NCBI RefSeq assembly: GCF_000143415.4
Contig: NW_003314339.1
Span: forward strand, 117,751 to 181,750
Direction of reading: 5' to 3'
DNA: 64,000 nt
DNA from: Selaginella moellendorffii
Taxonomy: Eukaryota > Plantae > Lycopodiophyta
In this document: positions 23,490-40,500 of the stretch, one piece after another
Position numbering within the stretch: position 1 is the stretch's first letter
Layout of the letters: every line of letters starts with the position of its first letter
Made by a program: the position numbers and the translations under genes
Notes under the pieces: model-generated
What the model was told of the DNA's origin: nothing
Databases searched by the model: none
What the model saw: only the letters and a program-made list of their open reading frames with translations

Positions 23490-26370
23490 CAGGGATGAAT
23501 AGTAGCAGCAGCAGTAGCTAGCAATCCTTGCTTTCTTTAAGGTTTATCATCTGTTGCCACTTCTTTACCCTTCTTCCACCTCCACTCTTTTTGGAACTCT
23601 TCACCCATGAAAGATGGCGTTTGTAGTACTAGTAATGCTTGTCGCGCTGCTGTTCATCACCTGCGGGCGCAAAGGACGCACTTCTTGCTTTGCTCCTCGG
23701 CACTGCCAGGACTCATGTCCTGGAGGCACTTAAGGTGGTAAGAGTGGCCGCAGAAAAGCGTTACCACTGCCACCCTCTGGCTAACCAGGTGCTCCGAGCA
23801 TATGCAGCATGGCTTGTTGCCGGCAACCACCAGCTTCCTGTAAGAGTTGTAGCGCTTCAGCTGTAAATTGTAGCAATCAGCCTGGATTACAAGTTTTAGT
23901 GCCAGGATCTATCTTTTGCTGATACACACACCTTGAGAATGTTATTGCAACCCTCCCTGGGCGATGCCTCCGTCTTATAATCTGTGATCACCTTTACAAG
24001 CCTGTCTCTCAAACTGCGCAAAAGCCCAATGTCAACCGAGATTTTCCCTCGTCACAGTGATATCGTGATATCATACAGTGGCACTGGCATGTCTTTGGGA
24101 ATTCTGTTTATAACTTGCATGGAATGAATATCTCCCATGGTATGATCCAAAGGCACGCCAATCTGCATTGCACACAAGCCATCAATATGAGAGGATCATC
24201 TTAGTAGTACTGACCATATCTGGATTGTGCAAGCTCTGGTTGATAAGCTCATTCCATAAATCATCATCGTTGTGAGACATCACAAACTCCATTGCCTGCA
24301 TTCAAGAAATCATTGTCAGTTCACATCTAGGAATAAATTCATCACAAGTGCTTACAACTTTCATGTTTTTAAGGTCATTGATTATCAAAGTTAAAGCCTC
24401 TTTTGCATTTCCCATTTGACTCAATAAATAAACTTTTTCTTTGACAAGATTTAATCTTGTACAAACATCGTATGCCTGTAAAAGTATATTACATATTCAA
24501 AAACAAAATTAACAAGTTTATACCTTGTTAAGATTGTAATACTGACTGCTATGTAAAAAAGGTAGCAACAATCGTGGTTCGAATTCAGCATATAACTGCA
24601 CCTGCACATAAACTCAATAGTCTACAACCTTCCTGTAAAATAAATCTCAAAACCTGTAAGTCATGATATTTCTTTCCAGCGTTTGTGTCTTGTTCGAACA
24701 AAGTATGTAAATAGTCGTGTCAAAGACACTGGCAGCTCTCTGTTTGAGGCAAGTTGTCTAAAGAAGAAACCACCTCACTTGCACTAATTCTGTCTCTTTG
24801 CTGAACGAGTAAGCCAATAGCTAAAAGTAGAAATGCAACATGGATCAGAGGTTCCACATAAAACTTAGATGTAGCTTACATTCCCATGAAGAGCATCATA
24901 AAGATGGTGCTCCTTGATAATATCAAAGACTGCGTGCTTTTGCAGCTGCAAAAATACGATTTAAAATTAGCAATGCTAGTGGATATAAATGGTTATACCT
25001 CGAGATATAGCTTTAGCACGTTATCAAGCTGTCCCTGAGAATGGTAAAGAATTGCAAGCGCCTTCATCCTTACTGTACCAGCTTACACTCTCTTCAAACA
25101 ACAACAGTAGTTACCTCGAGAAAGGAGTTTTTCCACTGGCACTGCATTGTATCTCAGCGACAGATATAATTGTTGGTACAGAATGGGCCAACTCCGAACC
25201 AGCACTAAGAATTGCTCATGATGCCCAGGATTTGCAAGCAACCGATTCAGGACAACCTTAAGACATTTAAAAATCCATGTTAGAGCTCGCGCTGCACATT
25301 CGGAGCTCACCTCATATACAGTATTGCAAAGCTGCGGATTAACAACAGGTATAAATGGGGCCAGAACGTGCAACTGTCTCAATTGGTCGAAATGAGATAC
25401 CTGTCTGCGTTTACTCGTCTGCCTCAGAACGTCTTCCGAAATAAAAACAGTAGCCTCACCTTTCTCAAGCCGAAACACTACCACCCAAGATCTTTGGACA
25501 CATAGAAGCAGCAAGCGCGTACTGCCTCCTCAGGATCAAGTGATCTAAGTATTGTGCACCAACCTGCACGAGAACACATCGGTCATTGCCTTTTACCATG
25601 AAAAATAACACACCTTGTCCAACAGCTCAACACGAGCATTTCCAGCTTCTACAGCTACTAGTGCTTTCTCAAGCCACCTGAGGAAAAAGAAACTAATAAA
25701 GTAAAAATAAATCGCAAGTGAGGAATGTTGCTCTTACTTTTGATGCTTTTGTACTGTAGAAAACATCGACAAGTCAGAGCGCCCATGCTTGAGAAGCCAT
25801 TGAACATGGTCGTCCGCATCCCTGCCAGGAAAGATTTTGCAGAAGAAATCAGCTGCCTGTACAAATAATTCTAGCCAACCTTCGTCGAGCAACAACCACG
25901 TCCTTTGGCGAGACTATGTAGTATAAGGGCTCGTCTCCAGCAGCCCACTGAACACCAGCGCAGCTACTTCCTACACACCACAAGCAAATGAGTTTTCTTT
26001 TTAACATCTTATCATACCAGAGAATGGAGCGTGAGCAAATTTGTAATCCTTAGCTTTGTAGTGCTCACAACTATGCATAGAGAGCTTATCTCTTATCACT
26101 TGTTCGTTTCTCCAGTTCAAGATGCATACTTCAGGCCGTTGGTCTTAACACAGTTAGCATTTAAGGTTACGCACTGAAGAAATATAGACGAGCCATGTAC
26201 CTGTTTCGGTGTACCCCGTTGCTAGTAAGAATCAGAAGAGCTTCCGCACACGGAGCCAGGCCGCAGATGCCATCATCAGTTTGCAAAACTGATACTATCT
26301 CGACGTACTTTAGTGCTTCGCGTGGAAAATCTGTCCTTGCATAGACGAGAATTCCAAAGCAAATGGCCGC
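23490..26370 (-). pseudogene. VPS41: 5'-truncated, intron-containing VPS41 (HOPS subunit) pseudogene
   Basis: Fragments QWAAGDEPLYYIVSPKDVVVAR, DADDHVQWLLKHG, LRQLHVLAPFIPVVNPQLCNTVYEV, DDDLWNELINQSL, RLVKVITDYKTE. Premature stops (SA*ER*, expected AWERW). The N-terminal WD40 part is missing. Confidence 0.8.
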
Positions 26371-26406
26371 AGACTAATCTATGGTTTTTCCTTCTTGTAC
26401 TGAAAG

Positions 26407-26610
26407 ATGAATGCCGCCCAGCATTTAAATGGTAATGCTCCCATTGATGCAGATTTTACAGAGGAGGATTTGCATTGCGATGAGGTACTACTCAACAATG
26501 ACGAGAGAGAATTATTTCTGGATCTCGGCTTTGAAGTGGAATTTGTCAATGTTAGGAGTCCCAGCAATGAAGGTGAAACAAGTGGACAAGAAGTTATTAC
26601 ACTCTCGTAG
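26407..26610 (+). CDS. Small acidic protein (67 aa), paralog B, unknown function
   Basis: Diverged direct-repeat copy of 23127-23354; shares AAQHL.NA.IDADF, CDEVL, RELFLDLGFEVEF and PS.EGETS. Confidence 0.4.
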   Translation: MNAAQHLNGNAPIDADFTEEDLHCDEVLLNNDERELFLDLGFEVEFVNVRSPSNEGETSGQEVITLS

Positions 26611-26678
26611 ATTATAATTAAAATCGGTGACCACCTTTCCATTTCGTGGTTCTACTATCCACGCTAGTTTGATGAATT

Positions 26679-28569
26679 TTAGCTATAGATAGGCTTGACT
26701 CCACCACCGGCCTTTTCTTCACCTTCGTAGCGACAAACTCTGGCGGATGCAAACACTTTGCCTGGCCTGCAAAAGAATCCAGACTCGGGAGCGCAGTGGC
26801 GGTCTTCGCTGCAAATACACATCCCTTCCAAGGCACAGTGATCGTGGAAGCTGATAATGCCGTCTCTGTCACCGCCAAGGATAGCGTCAGACCACTCGCT
26901 CGAGAAGAGGCCCGCCGGATCTAGCCTGCTCTTCGCCCAAACAAACCTGTCCAAATCCTTAACTCTGTCCCGGATGGAGGTGAAAGCTATGTTCCTGTTC
27001 TTTCCCCAGTGAGGCTTCCCTTGATACTTGAAGAGCGCCATCTGTTCTATCTCTTCCACCACGTCTTCGTTGAGCCTGGGAGTCCCCGCGTCCCTGGAGC
27101 GGTAGTAAGTTATGTCGAACTCCACCGCGTCTTCCTTCTGCCCGAGGTAAGCGCTGGACGCTTTCACGTAGCGAAGGTAGATGCCACCGTAGAGGCTTAA
27201 GCCGCACAAGCTGCTGGGATCCATGTCACGGAGTTTCTTGATGTCTAGGATCAGGTCCTTGACCTTGTCAAGGCTCACGGAAAAGGCCGTCTGATGGTAG
27301 AAGGAACCGGCGACTCTCGGATCCCAGCTACACACGTCCGAATTCACCTCTTCTTCCTGTTCTTGCAAGCAGTTCGCAGGCAAGCTTCCAGTCATCTCGG
27401 CAATGACAAAACGAGGAGGCGCGTCCTGGCAACCACCTGCGGTCTGCATGAGATTGTTGTATCCCACAACGGGAAAACCCGTGAAGTTGATCCCGTCGTT
27501 TAAGTACCCGTTACCACTCGGAACCCGGCTGTTTAAAACCATCTCAGAGAGCCTGCAAAGCGTCCATTCGTCCTTGTCCTGTTCGATCTTTTCCTCTGCA
27601 TATCAGACAAATATTAAGCGAGTCAGAACTAAGAGACACAACTGCTGCTATAAGCCTACCACTGCGCCTGGACTGCTCAGCTCGTTCTACTGGAATTGGC
27701 TGAAAGCCCCTGTATTTGTTCGTTCCTCCTCCAGGCGTCTCGAGAGGAGCTCTTCCGTCCAGCTTAAACAAGGACGCCTTCAAGGACGGGTGCCAGCAGA
27801 TGTCCCCAAACTCGTGGTCACTTCCAAATCGCAGAACTTGTTCTTCGATCTCACAATCGTCTTTTACTTCCAAAGCCACCGACCTCTTAAACATGGGCTC
27901 AATGCTGAGAGTTATCTTCGAGATTGCTCCAAGAACTCCGAGCGAGAGCTTGGCTGCATCCAGCAAGTCCTTGGAAGAATTCTCGTCCAGCCTGACTACC
28001 TTCGCGAATCCATCTTCCTCAGTTGCTGGAACCACCAAGGATACTCCCACAACGTAGTCATGGAGAGCACCTCCGCGTCCCCACAGACTGCTTCCATGCG
28101 CTCCAGTGCTCACTGCTCCAGCCACAGAAACTGCATTCCAGTATGTAGCAGCCGGTAGTGCAAAGCCAAGCGTGGAAATAGTATCGACCAACTGTTGAAG
28201 GAGAACTCCCGCATCAACTGTAACAGTCATTTCCTCCGAATTTACCACGATGCCTGAATTCAGATCCCTGGTGCTTATAATCACTCCCGAATCACCCCCC
28301 GGACATGCCAGTTTCGGAATACTCTGCGACCATCTGCTCACCATTTTCATCTTCCGATTGTTACTCGCGGCGTATGCAACTGCTGCTAACAGCTCCTCCT
28401 CTGTTGCTGGATAGAACACTTGAGCTGCTCTACATGGAATCCTGTCTGGCCATACCCCCAAGTAGTTCCTTAAGCTGCATCCCAATGCATCGCATTTCAC
28501 AGGAGACGGGGACACTGCCACAGCAATACGGCAGAGCGTGGCAATAGCGGCAAAGAATATGAGCGCCAT
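26679..28569 (-). CDS. L-gulonolactone oxidase-like FAD-dependent oxidoreductase (plant GulLO/ALO family), 2 exons
   Basis: Signal peptide; SIPKLACP, STGAHGSSLWG, SLGVLGAISKITL, RYVKASSAYLG, PHWGKNRN; Cys-rich C-terminus CALEGMCICSEDRHCAP. Intron ~27598-27659. Confidence 0.92.
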
Positions 28570-28667
28570 TATTGTGTTCTTCTTCAACTCCGCTTTCTAC
28601 CTCGCCTGCTAGACTGATACTTGCCTGAGCCAGACACTGTTTTCAATGGAAGGAAAAGCAAAAGCGT

Positions 28668-32875
<4,208 letters not shown>

Positions 32876-33091
32876 GGCGTTGGAGATTTTAGCCCTAGAG
32901 ATAAGTAGGGGATAGAATTAAAGTAGGGGAATATCCAAAGCTCCAAACAAGCCTTGCTTGCTTCTAGGGCTGGATAATCGCGCGGGGAGAACAGGCATCG
33001 GCGTCTCGGCATCGGCATCGCGATCTAGCGCCAGGTTCTTGAGCTCCATTCGACTAGGGCTTTGGCGACGGGCGGCGCGCGCCGGCGAGAG

Positions 33092-34878
33092 ATGGATAAT
33101 CAGGGCATGGGATCGCACAGCGAGCCATTCTTTGACTTGCTCCAGCCCAACACGCCCTCGATAGCTCATGCCAGCGGCAGCAGCAGCTCGAATTACGTCC
33201 AGAACGGGCCCCGGAGGATGGATTCTTCGCCGACTTACTCGTTCAACAACGACGATGTTCTTCCGAGCTACGATTTCCAGCCGCTTCGCAGCAACGGTAG
33301 CGGCGGCGGGGCACGCATCGAGGAGGCCGGGGGCAAGTTTCGCCAGGCGAATCCCTCTTTCGAGCAGCAGGTATTCTCTTTTCTTCCTTGTTCTTCGTTT
33401 CCTTTGGGTTTTTTAGATCTATCTACTTTCAACAACACTGGGTTTGTGCGTAGGTGCGCGATCCTCCAGTAACTTACGAGAAGTATGAGTCGACTCGATC
33501 GAGGCATGAGTTTGACAAGGATGCTTACGACTCCGCCACTGCCGCTGCTGTGGAGCGTACCATGAAGAAGTATGCTGACAATCTTCTACGTGTTTTGGAG
33601 GGGATGGGGGGTCGACTATCTCAACTGGAAGCCGCTACTCAGCGTCTCGAGGTTGCTTTTGAGAAGTCTAAGAGCGCCAACGCGAATAACCACGGCGAGA
33701 CTGATGGAAGACTCCGGATGCTAGAAAACATGCTTCGCGAGGTATGTGTATATGGAAGAAACAAGGTTTGCTTGACACTACTTGTCCTTCTTTCCAAGGT
33801 GCAAAGAGGAGTACAGGTCGTGAGAGACAAGCAAGAGATCAACGAGGCACAGTTTCAGCTGAAGCTGCAGCAAGATAAAACCGAAGCGCCGACGACCAAA
33901 GTTGAGGTTCAAGCACCGCCGGTTGCTTCCTCACCGCAGCAGCCACCTCCAATGCCGCAGCCTCCTCCAATGCCGCAGCCTCCTCAAGCTATCGATTCCA
34001 GCGTCCATCAGCAGCAGGCTCCGCCTCCTCCACCGCCACTTCCAGTCGTCCACCAGCCACCTATCCAGCCGACTCACATCCAGCAGTCTCCACATCCTCC
34101 TCAGCATGTACCTCACGCGATCCAGCAACAGCAGCAGCCATCTTACTCGTATCCTCCACAGAACCCAGCAGCTCCGCCACCACCTCCGCCGCCACCAATG
34201 CAGCAGCCTCACCCGCAGCCATATCCTCACCAGCCGGAAGCACCGCCATATCCTCCAGCCCCAGTTCCAGTCTCCCATCCTCAAGGACCACCACCGCCAC
34301 CACCGCACCACTCTCAAGCTCCTCCCGTCAACTACTCTCTCGACATTCCTTCCTATATGCCACCACCACCACCGCCACAATCTTACGGTGCTCCTCCGCC
34401 TCCTCCTCCACGGCAACATCAACAGCAGCAGCAGCAGCAGCAGCACGGCCCTCCGCCTCCACAGATGTACGACTCACTCCCGGGAAGAACAGGCTCAGGG
34501 CCGCTGGCATTGCCTCCACCACCGTCAGCTTATCAGCAGCAGTCATATGAGACCTCCGGCTATGGTGGCGGAGGCGTGAACTACGGGCGGATGCACAGCG
34601 GCGGAGGTGGTGGTGGCGGCGGTGGCTATCCTCATCTCCCAACAGCGCAGCCGATCCAGCAGTCTCTTCCCAGCGCCAGGCCTGCGAGCCGGTCGGGTGT
34701 AGACGATGTGATCGACAAGGTTGCGGCGATGGGATTCCCGAGAGACCAAGTTCGTGCCACGGTCCAGAGGCTGACGGAGAATGGACAGGCTGTGGATATG
34801 AACGTAGTGCTGGACAAGCTCATGAATGGTGGCGGGAGTGATGCTGGTCCTCCAAAGGCTGGATGGTTTGGACGGTGA
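33092..34878 (+). CDS. FLOE1-like DUF1421 protein (DS-rich N-terminus, coiled coil, Q/P-rich disordered region, UBA-like C-terminus)
   Basis: FFDLL and DDVLPSYDFQP N-terminal motifs; VERTMKKYADNLLRVLEGMGGRLSQLE; YPHLPTAQ; DDVIDKVAAMGFPRDQVRATVQRLTENGQAVDMNVVLDKLMNG; GWFGR*. Confidence 0.88.
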
Positions 34879-35005
34879 AGAAGAAGAAGAAGAAGTCCTT
34901 TTAGATTCTATACCTATTGGAGTGAATGATTTGTTCTGTACATAGAGAGGTGTTCGTTCTTCTTTGTCTAGAAGCTCTTCTATTCTTCAAAGAGATTAAA
35001 ATGGC

Positions 35006-35653
35006 TTAGCTTAAGAAGCGTTCTTTGAACTGTTCATCCGAAGTTCGGCAGTGATTTGTCTGTCCAAAGAGTGAGTATCGATTGTTGGCGATCAAATCGT
35101 AAGTTGGGTCTCGGAGAAAGCTGGAAATTCAAGATTGATTTATGCCGATTTTCCAGAGAATTTGGAAAGGGAGAGTGACTTAACAGTGGGAAGAGCAATG
35201 CAAGAGTTGCGAGTGATGGATATGGCTCGTCTAGGTAGTGGGCGATTCTCAACACTGCTTCCGACTTGATGTAAGATCTAGCAAGTGAAAATCTCTCTCA
35301 CATATCGCGAGGAAAGAAGAGATATGGTTATACCTCTGTTTCTCAACGAGGACGATGCTTGAGATATCATCGCGAGAGCGTCCAGATCTCTCGAGCAGAG
35401 CCCTCCCTGCGTTGCTCTGGAGTGCCGCGAATCGCAGGCGAGCGCGAGGGTCCCTGTCAAGAACGAAATTCACGCCGCCATTGCAGAGGTTGCAAACACC
35501 TGAAAGGGGAGAACGCAATTTCTCGATCAAAATCGAGAGAATTGGATTGCTGTGCTTGTGCGTACCATCGAAAAGGATTACTGGGCGAGTGTCGCTCGCG
35601 AAGAGAGGCTGCCATGGCGAACTAGCACAGAAAGTGCGTGGACATAGAGTCAT
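35006..35653 (-). CDS. DCC-family thiol-disulfide oxidoreductase (DUF393), 4 exons
   Basis: VILFDG|VCNLCNGGVNFV (DxxCxxC), RFAALQS, SYIKSEAVLRI, last exon FLRDPTYDLIANNRYSLFG. The 5' end is uncertain. Confidence 0.85.
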
Positions 35654-35951
35654 TTTCACCTTTAGAAACCCTAAAATTGAAAAACCATTGATTTAGCTTC
35701 AAAACCCTAAACAAGGAGCGCGAGTAAGTCTTTCAGGATTCCATATCTGGGCCCTGCGCACATCTCTGCTGGCGTACAAAGGCTGAGTTCTTCTCTGAAG
35801 GTGTTTGAGGCCACGTCATGTTTGCCATCTGGAAGGCTATACAAGTTTGAGCGAGTTCCCAATAGTGAGAGCCTATGAATCACAAGTGATTCGCTGCTTT
35901 AATTATATTTTGTAATCTTTCATCTTGTGGATCTTGCAACCTGTGAACACA

Positions 35952-36480
35952 GCTCTGATGCCATGTTGGGTGCAGAAACCCATCGTAGGGTAACTCTGTT
36001 GAAAGAAAATATATATACATGATGTATCCTACCGTTTGTTCTATCTACCAACTACTTTAATTTCTATTCTACTTCACTTTGATCTGATTTATTACCTCCA
36101 CTTTGGTCTCCTTTCTAGCGGCATGCAGCCATTCTGGTCTTGTTGATCAAGGAAGGTCCTAATTTGAGTCGATGGAGTCTAAATTCGGGATCAAGCTAGA
36201 CACGAAGCATTTCCATTACATGGTGGACATTCTCTGTCGTGTCAACGAGCTCAAAACGGCTCTGGATCCGGAAACGATTTGAGCCGAATGCTGCCACTTG
36301 GAGAACAGTTTAGGAGCATACAAGAGGTGGAGGAACATAGATGTGGGAAAGGTTTCATTTGAACCTCTTTTGCGTTTGGAGGCTAGAGATTCCGCGTACA
36401 GTAAAAAGGCTTAAGAGTTGAAGCAGGAGCTAGCCTGAAATGAGCCTCGATGAGGTGACAAAGCTAGTATTTTTCACAAG
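35952..36480 (-). mobile_element. Possible LTR with adjacent tRNA-iMet primer-binding site (remnant)
   Basis: GCTCTGATGCCA (reverse complement TGGCATCAGAGC) directly followed by TGTTGG on the plus strand. The right boundary is a guess. Confidence 0.35.
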
Positions 36481-36963
36481 TTCTTTGCTGGAGATGCCCA
36501 CAGTCAGAATCACCCACGAAGTCTTGAGATTGAAGCAAGCTTAAGGAACTTGGCTCTCAAGAGCAGCTGCAGCTGATTTGCCGGGAATGTTCTGCACAAC
36601 GTTGATCATATTGGAGAGGAGGAGCTCTGCAGGCATAGCGAGAGGCTGCCTATGGCTTGCACTATCAGGATGACTGCCACCAGTTGAACACCGAGGTTTC
36701 ATGTCTACATGTTTACAGGGATAGAAGCTGCTCATGTGGTGACTACTGGTAATAATGGAATTCAAGTGTCAAGCATCATCATCCATGTCACGGTATGTGT
36801 TTTGATACAAGGGAGGCATTTGCACGTGATGGAATTCAAACAACCATCATTTTCACAAAGTTTGGTTGTTTCATACTTCTATACAGAACACGTACAGTGG
36901 TTTTATGGAACCAAATTTATGACAATTACAGAAAGTTATCGAAAGAAGAAGCCTGGGATGCTA

Positions 36964-37078
36964 TGCAATTGGCTGGGATGCTATGCCTCAGCCAATTGCA
37001 GTTTGCAGCCTGCTTGATCTTCAATTGGCTGGGATGCTATGCCTCAGCCAATTGCAGTTTGCAGCCTGCTTGATCTTC
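36964..37078. repeat. Two tandem copies of a 56-bp unit, each containing a perfect hairpin
   Basis: Units start at 36966 and 37022. CAATTGGCTG..13 nt..CAGCCAATTG forms a 10-bp stem. Confidence 0.85.
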
Positions 37079-37139
37079 TTTTGGTCCACCATATCAAGAC
37101 CACACCAAAATCCTATGACTGTAGAAAGAAGGGCAGTGG

Positions 37140-37597
37140 TGTTAGGATCTTATCCTTTACACCTTAAGCCAACTGGCTAAAGGGGTGATCACTTGATTGT
37201 AGAGCCTTTTTTCCTTATCCTCAGTTGGCTGAAGGGGTGATCACTTGATTGTAAGGCCCTTTCTTTATCCTATTATCATATTATCCTTGCAATCAGTTGG
37301 CTGAAGGGGTGATCACTTGATTGTAAGGCCCTTTCTTTATCCTATTATCATATTATCCTTGCAATCATACTTAGGCCACCCTCTGGTCACCATGGTCCTT
37401 CTCTTAGGGTCTACTAAACTTTGGTTCTCCCTCTAGATCCACTATGTTGAATATTCCTTCAAAATATTCCTGCCCCACTCGTCAGCCACGAGAATCGAAC
37501 TAGGCTCCGATACCATTGTTAGAGTCTTATCCCTTACACCCTAAGCCAACTGGTTAAAGGGGTGATCACTTGATTGTAGAGCCCTTTCTTTATCCTA
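37140..37597 (-). mobile_element. LTR fragments with internal 72-bp tandem repeats and a tRNA-iMet PBS
   Basis: TGTTAG(G/A)..CTTATCC..AAGCCAACTGG.TAAAGGGGTGATCACTTGATTGTAGAGCC occurs at 37140 and 37517. GCTCCGATACCA (PBS, minus) at ~37504-37515. A 72-bp unit repeats at 37223 and 37295. Confidence 0.65.
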
Positions 37598-40500
37598 ACA
37601 TGGCAAAGTAAGGACTTAACTTGGTTCCACTGTGTTGGCTATTGTTGTAAGCAAATTGCACTAACGGAAAATATAGATCCCACTGTCCTTGCCTTTGACC
37701 AATGCTACAATATAGCATATCCTCCACCACCTGATTCACACGCTCGGTTTGCCCATCCATCTGAGGATGATCTCCACTCGAGAGTTTCAAAGTCACTTGC
37801 ATAACCTTTGCAAAGCTTTTCCAAAATCCACTGGTGAACTTAATGATGTCCTCCGACAAACCAAAATCAGGAAAAACCTTCTCCAAGTAAACCGCAGCCA
37901 AGTTTGAAGCAGTGACAGTCTTCTGAAAAGCCAACAACCGCACATACTTCATCAACCGATCCACTATAACCCATACTTGCTCCTTTTGCCTCTGTGTTCG
38001 TGGCAAACAAGTGATGAAGTCCATAAAGATACTACATCAACAGCTCTGAGGAATAAGTAAAGGTTGCAAAAGTCCCCCCGGCTTCTCCCATGGCACCTTA
38101 ACCCGCTGACAAAGCTCGCATGATTTACAATACTTGAGGATATCAGCCTAAACAACACTACACCATAAAGATAGTGCCGCCATGTCCGCAAAGCATGAAC
38201 AATAGAGAGCAACTCTTGCTCATATGTGGAATAGCATTGCTCTACGGAATTCAAAGTTCGACTCTCATATGCAATAGGCTGTCCCTCTTGCATGAGAACT
38301 CTTCCCAGTGCATAACCACTCACATCACATGTCACCTCGTAAGGTTTCGATGGATCAGCAATGCGAAGCACTGGAGTCTCGCTCAACAATTGTTTCAGTG
38401 CCACAAAACTCTCCTCTTGTGGCTTCTTCCACTCGAATAGCACATTCTTGCGTAAAAACTGCGTCAAAGGAATAGCCACCTCTGGAAATTTAAGATGGAA
38501 ACGTCGGTAGTAACTAGCCATACCAAGAAAATTGCGCAACTTAGCCATTGTAGTCGGTGTAGGCCAATTTTCCACCACAGCCACCTTCCTTGGATCCGTC
38601 TTGACACCCTTAGATGTCACAATATGGCCTAGATATTCCACCTCCGACTTTGCAAATTCACATTTGCTCTTCTTCATATAAAGTTTGCTGTCTTGGAGCA
38701 ACAAAAGAACCTTACGTAAATGCACCCTATGCTCCTCTATATTCTTGCTGAAAACAAGAATATTGTCTAAGAAAATCTCCACAAACTCATGAAGATAACA
38801 CGCAAATACCTTCATCATCAACTGAGTAAATGTGGCTAGTGCATTCGTCAAACCAAATGGCATAACTGTAAACTCAAAAATGTCTGAAGCTTGTGTTGAA
38901 TGCCGTCTTAGAGATAGATGCATCATCTATTGCAATCTGATGATATCCACTCCTCAGGTCAATCTTGGTAAACACTTATGCTTCACCAAGCTTGTCCAAG
39001 ATATCATCCACACATGGCATCGGCATTTTATCCTTCACTGTCTTCTTGTTCAAAGTGTGGTAGTCAATACACATCCATATTGAACCATCCTTCTTCTTCA
39101 CAAGCAAGACCGGAGCACCAAACGGACACTTACTTGGCTGAATAAATCTAAACGCAAGTAACTCTTTGACTTGTTGTTGAACTTCTTGCTCCTTCGTATA
39201 ACTTAACCGAAATGGACACCGGTAAATTAGCTGCGTCCCTGGCTCCAATGTAATCCCATGCTCCACACCTCGTAATGGAGGCAACCCATGAGGAAGTTCA
39301 TGTGGAAAAACATCAGAAAACTCATTTAGTACATCCCGTATTGCTGCTTCTCCCCCACACGTGCCTTGGTTCCCCAAGTCACGAATAAACAACAAGTAAC
39401 TCGAAAGTGCTTTTCCATTACAATAAGCCTGTTTCAAAGATGTAGCAAAGAGCATAACAACTGGTGGTTGAACGCCCTCGCTAAACCACACATCTTTAAT
39501 GCCACTATACTCCAGCGAGATACACTTAATACTCCACTTTATCTCTGGATCCACCTTCACCAACCATGGCATCCCAAGAATGAGATCCACACGATGGATA
39601 TCCACGAGATAAAAAGTCTCCACAAGTGTGGTTTTGCCAACCAACACTTCCAGCCCCTCAACACAAGCATCAAAATGCTAAATAGAGGTAGTTGCACCTT
39701 TCACTGTGTATGGAAAAACTTCACGTGTGATCAGGCCATGCTCCGCAACAAACTTTGCCAAGGCAAAGTTGTCATCGCTCATCTGCACTAGATTGCCACG
39801 GAACACGCCCTCCAGCATTAAAGCTGATTCATGTGTATCCTCGAGCTCCATCTTGTTCCACACACAGTTGAGCTGACGAGCAACGACTAAAAGTCTCTTC
39901 CTCCGACCGGAATGGTTATTTTTGTCATCCTCACACTGCAAAGTTTGCAACTTTTTAGTATCTAACTTACCGTGAGAAGAAGATTGGCCATTCTTCTTGT
40001 CCTGCTGCTTGTTCTTCAATTGCAGACAATCAGCCTTGTAGTGTCCAAGTTCGCCACAATGATGACAACCCTGTCTATAATTCTTCACAAAGAACTTCTG
40101 TTTCTTGGACCCTTTTGCATCTGAAGTAGTCACCACCGATTTCAACTTGTGATGCTTGTTCCCATCCTTGTGTCCATGGTGATCATCACGATGATTCTCG
40201 ACAAAAGAACTCCGCGAACGCTTGCAAGATTTGTGCTTATCATTGTTAAGTCGACGAGCTACATCAAAGAGCACCTCCAAACTCTTTGTAGGCTGAGAAT
40301 GACGCAAGTGTTGCCGCATGCTCTCACTATGTAGGCCATCAATGAAGTAGGACTTGTTCTAATTCGGATCCTTCATTGGAACACGACTAATCAAATGAGT
40401 AAGCTTCTCAATATAGTCCCCGAGTGTCATTTTCCCTTGCTGGAAATGTCGAAGTTCTGTACAAGCATTCTCCACGTCATAATGAGGGGCAAAACGTAAA

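Noticed and set aside
36480-36960. Possible host-gene fragment next to the TE block
   Set aside because: Short ORFs with no motif I can assign.
36964-37370. Palindromic direct repeats resembling a CRISPR array
   Set aside because: Units are contiguous tandem duplications with no unique spacers, no cas genes and a eukaryotic TE context.
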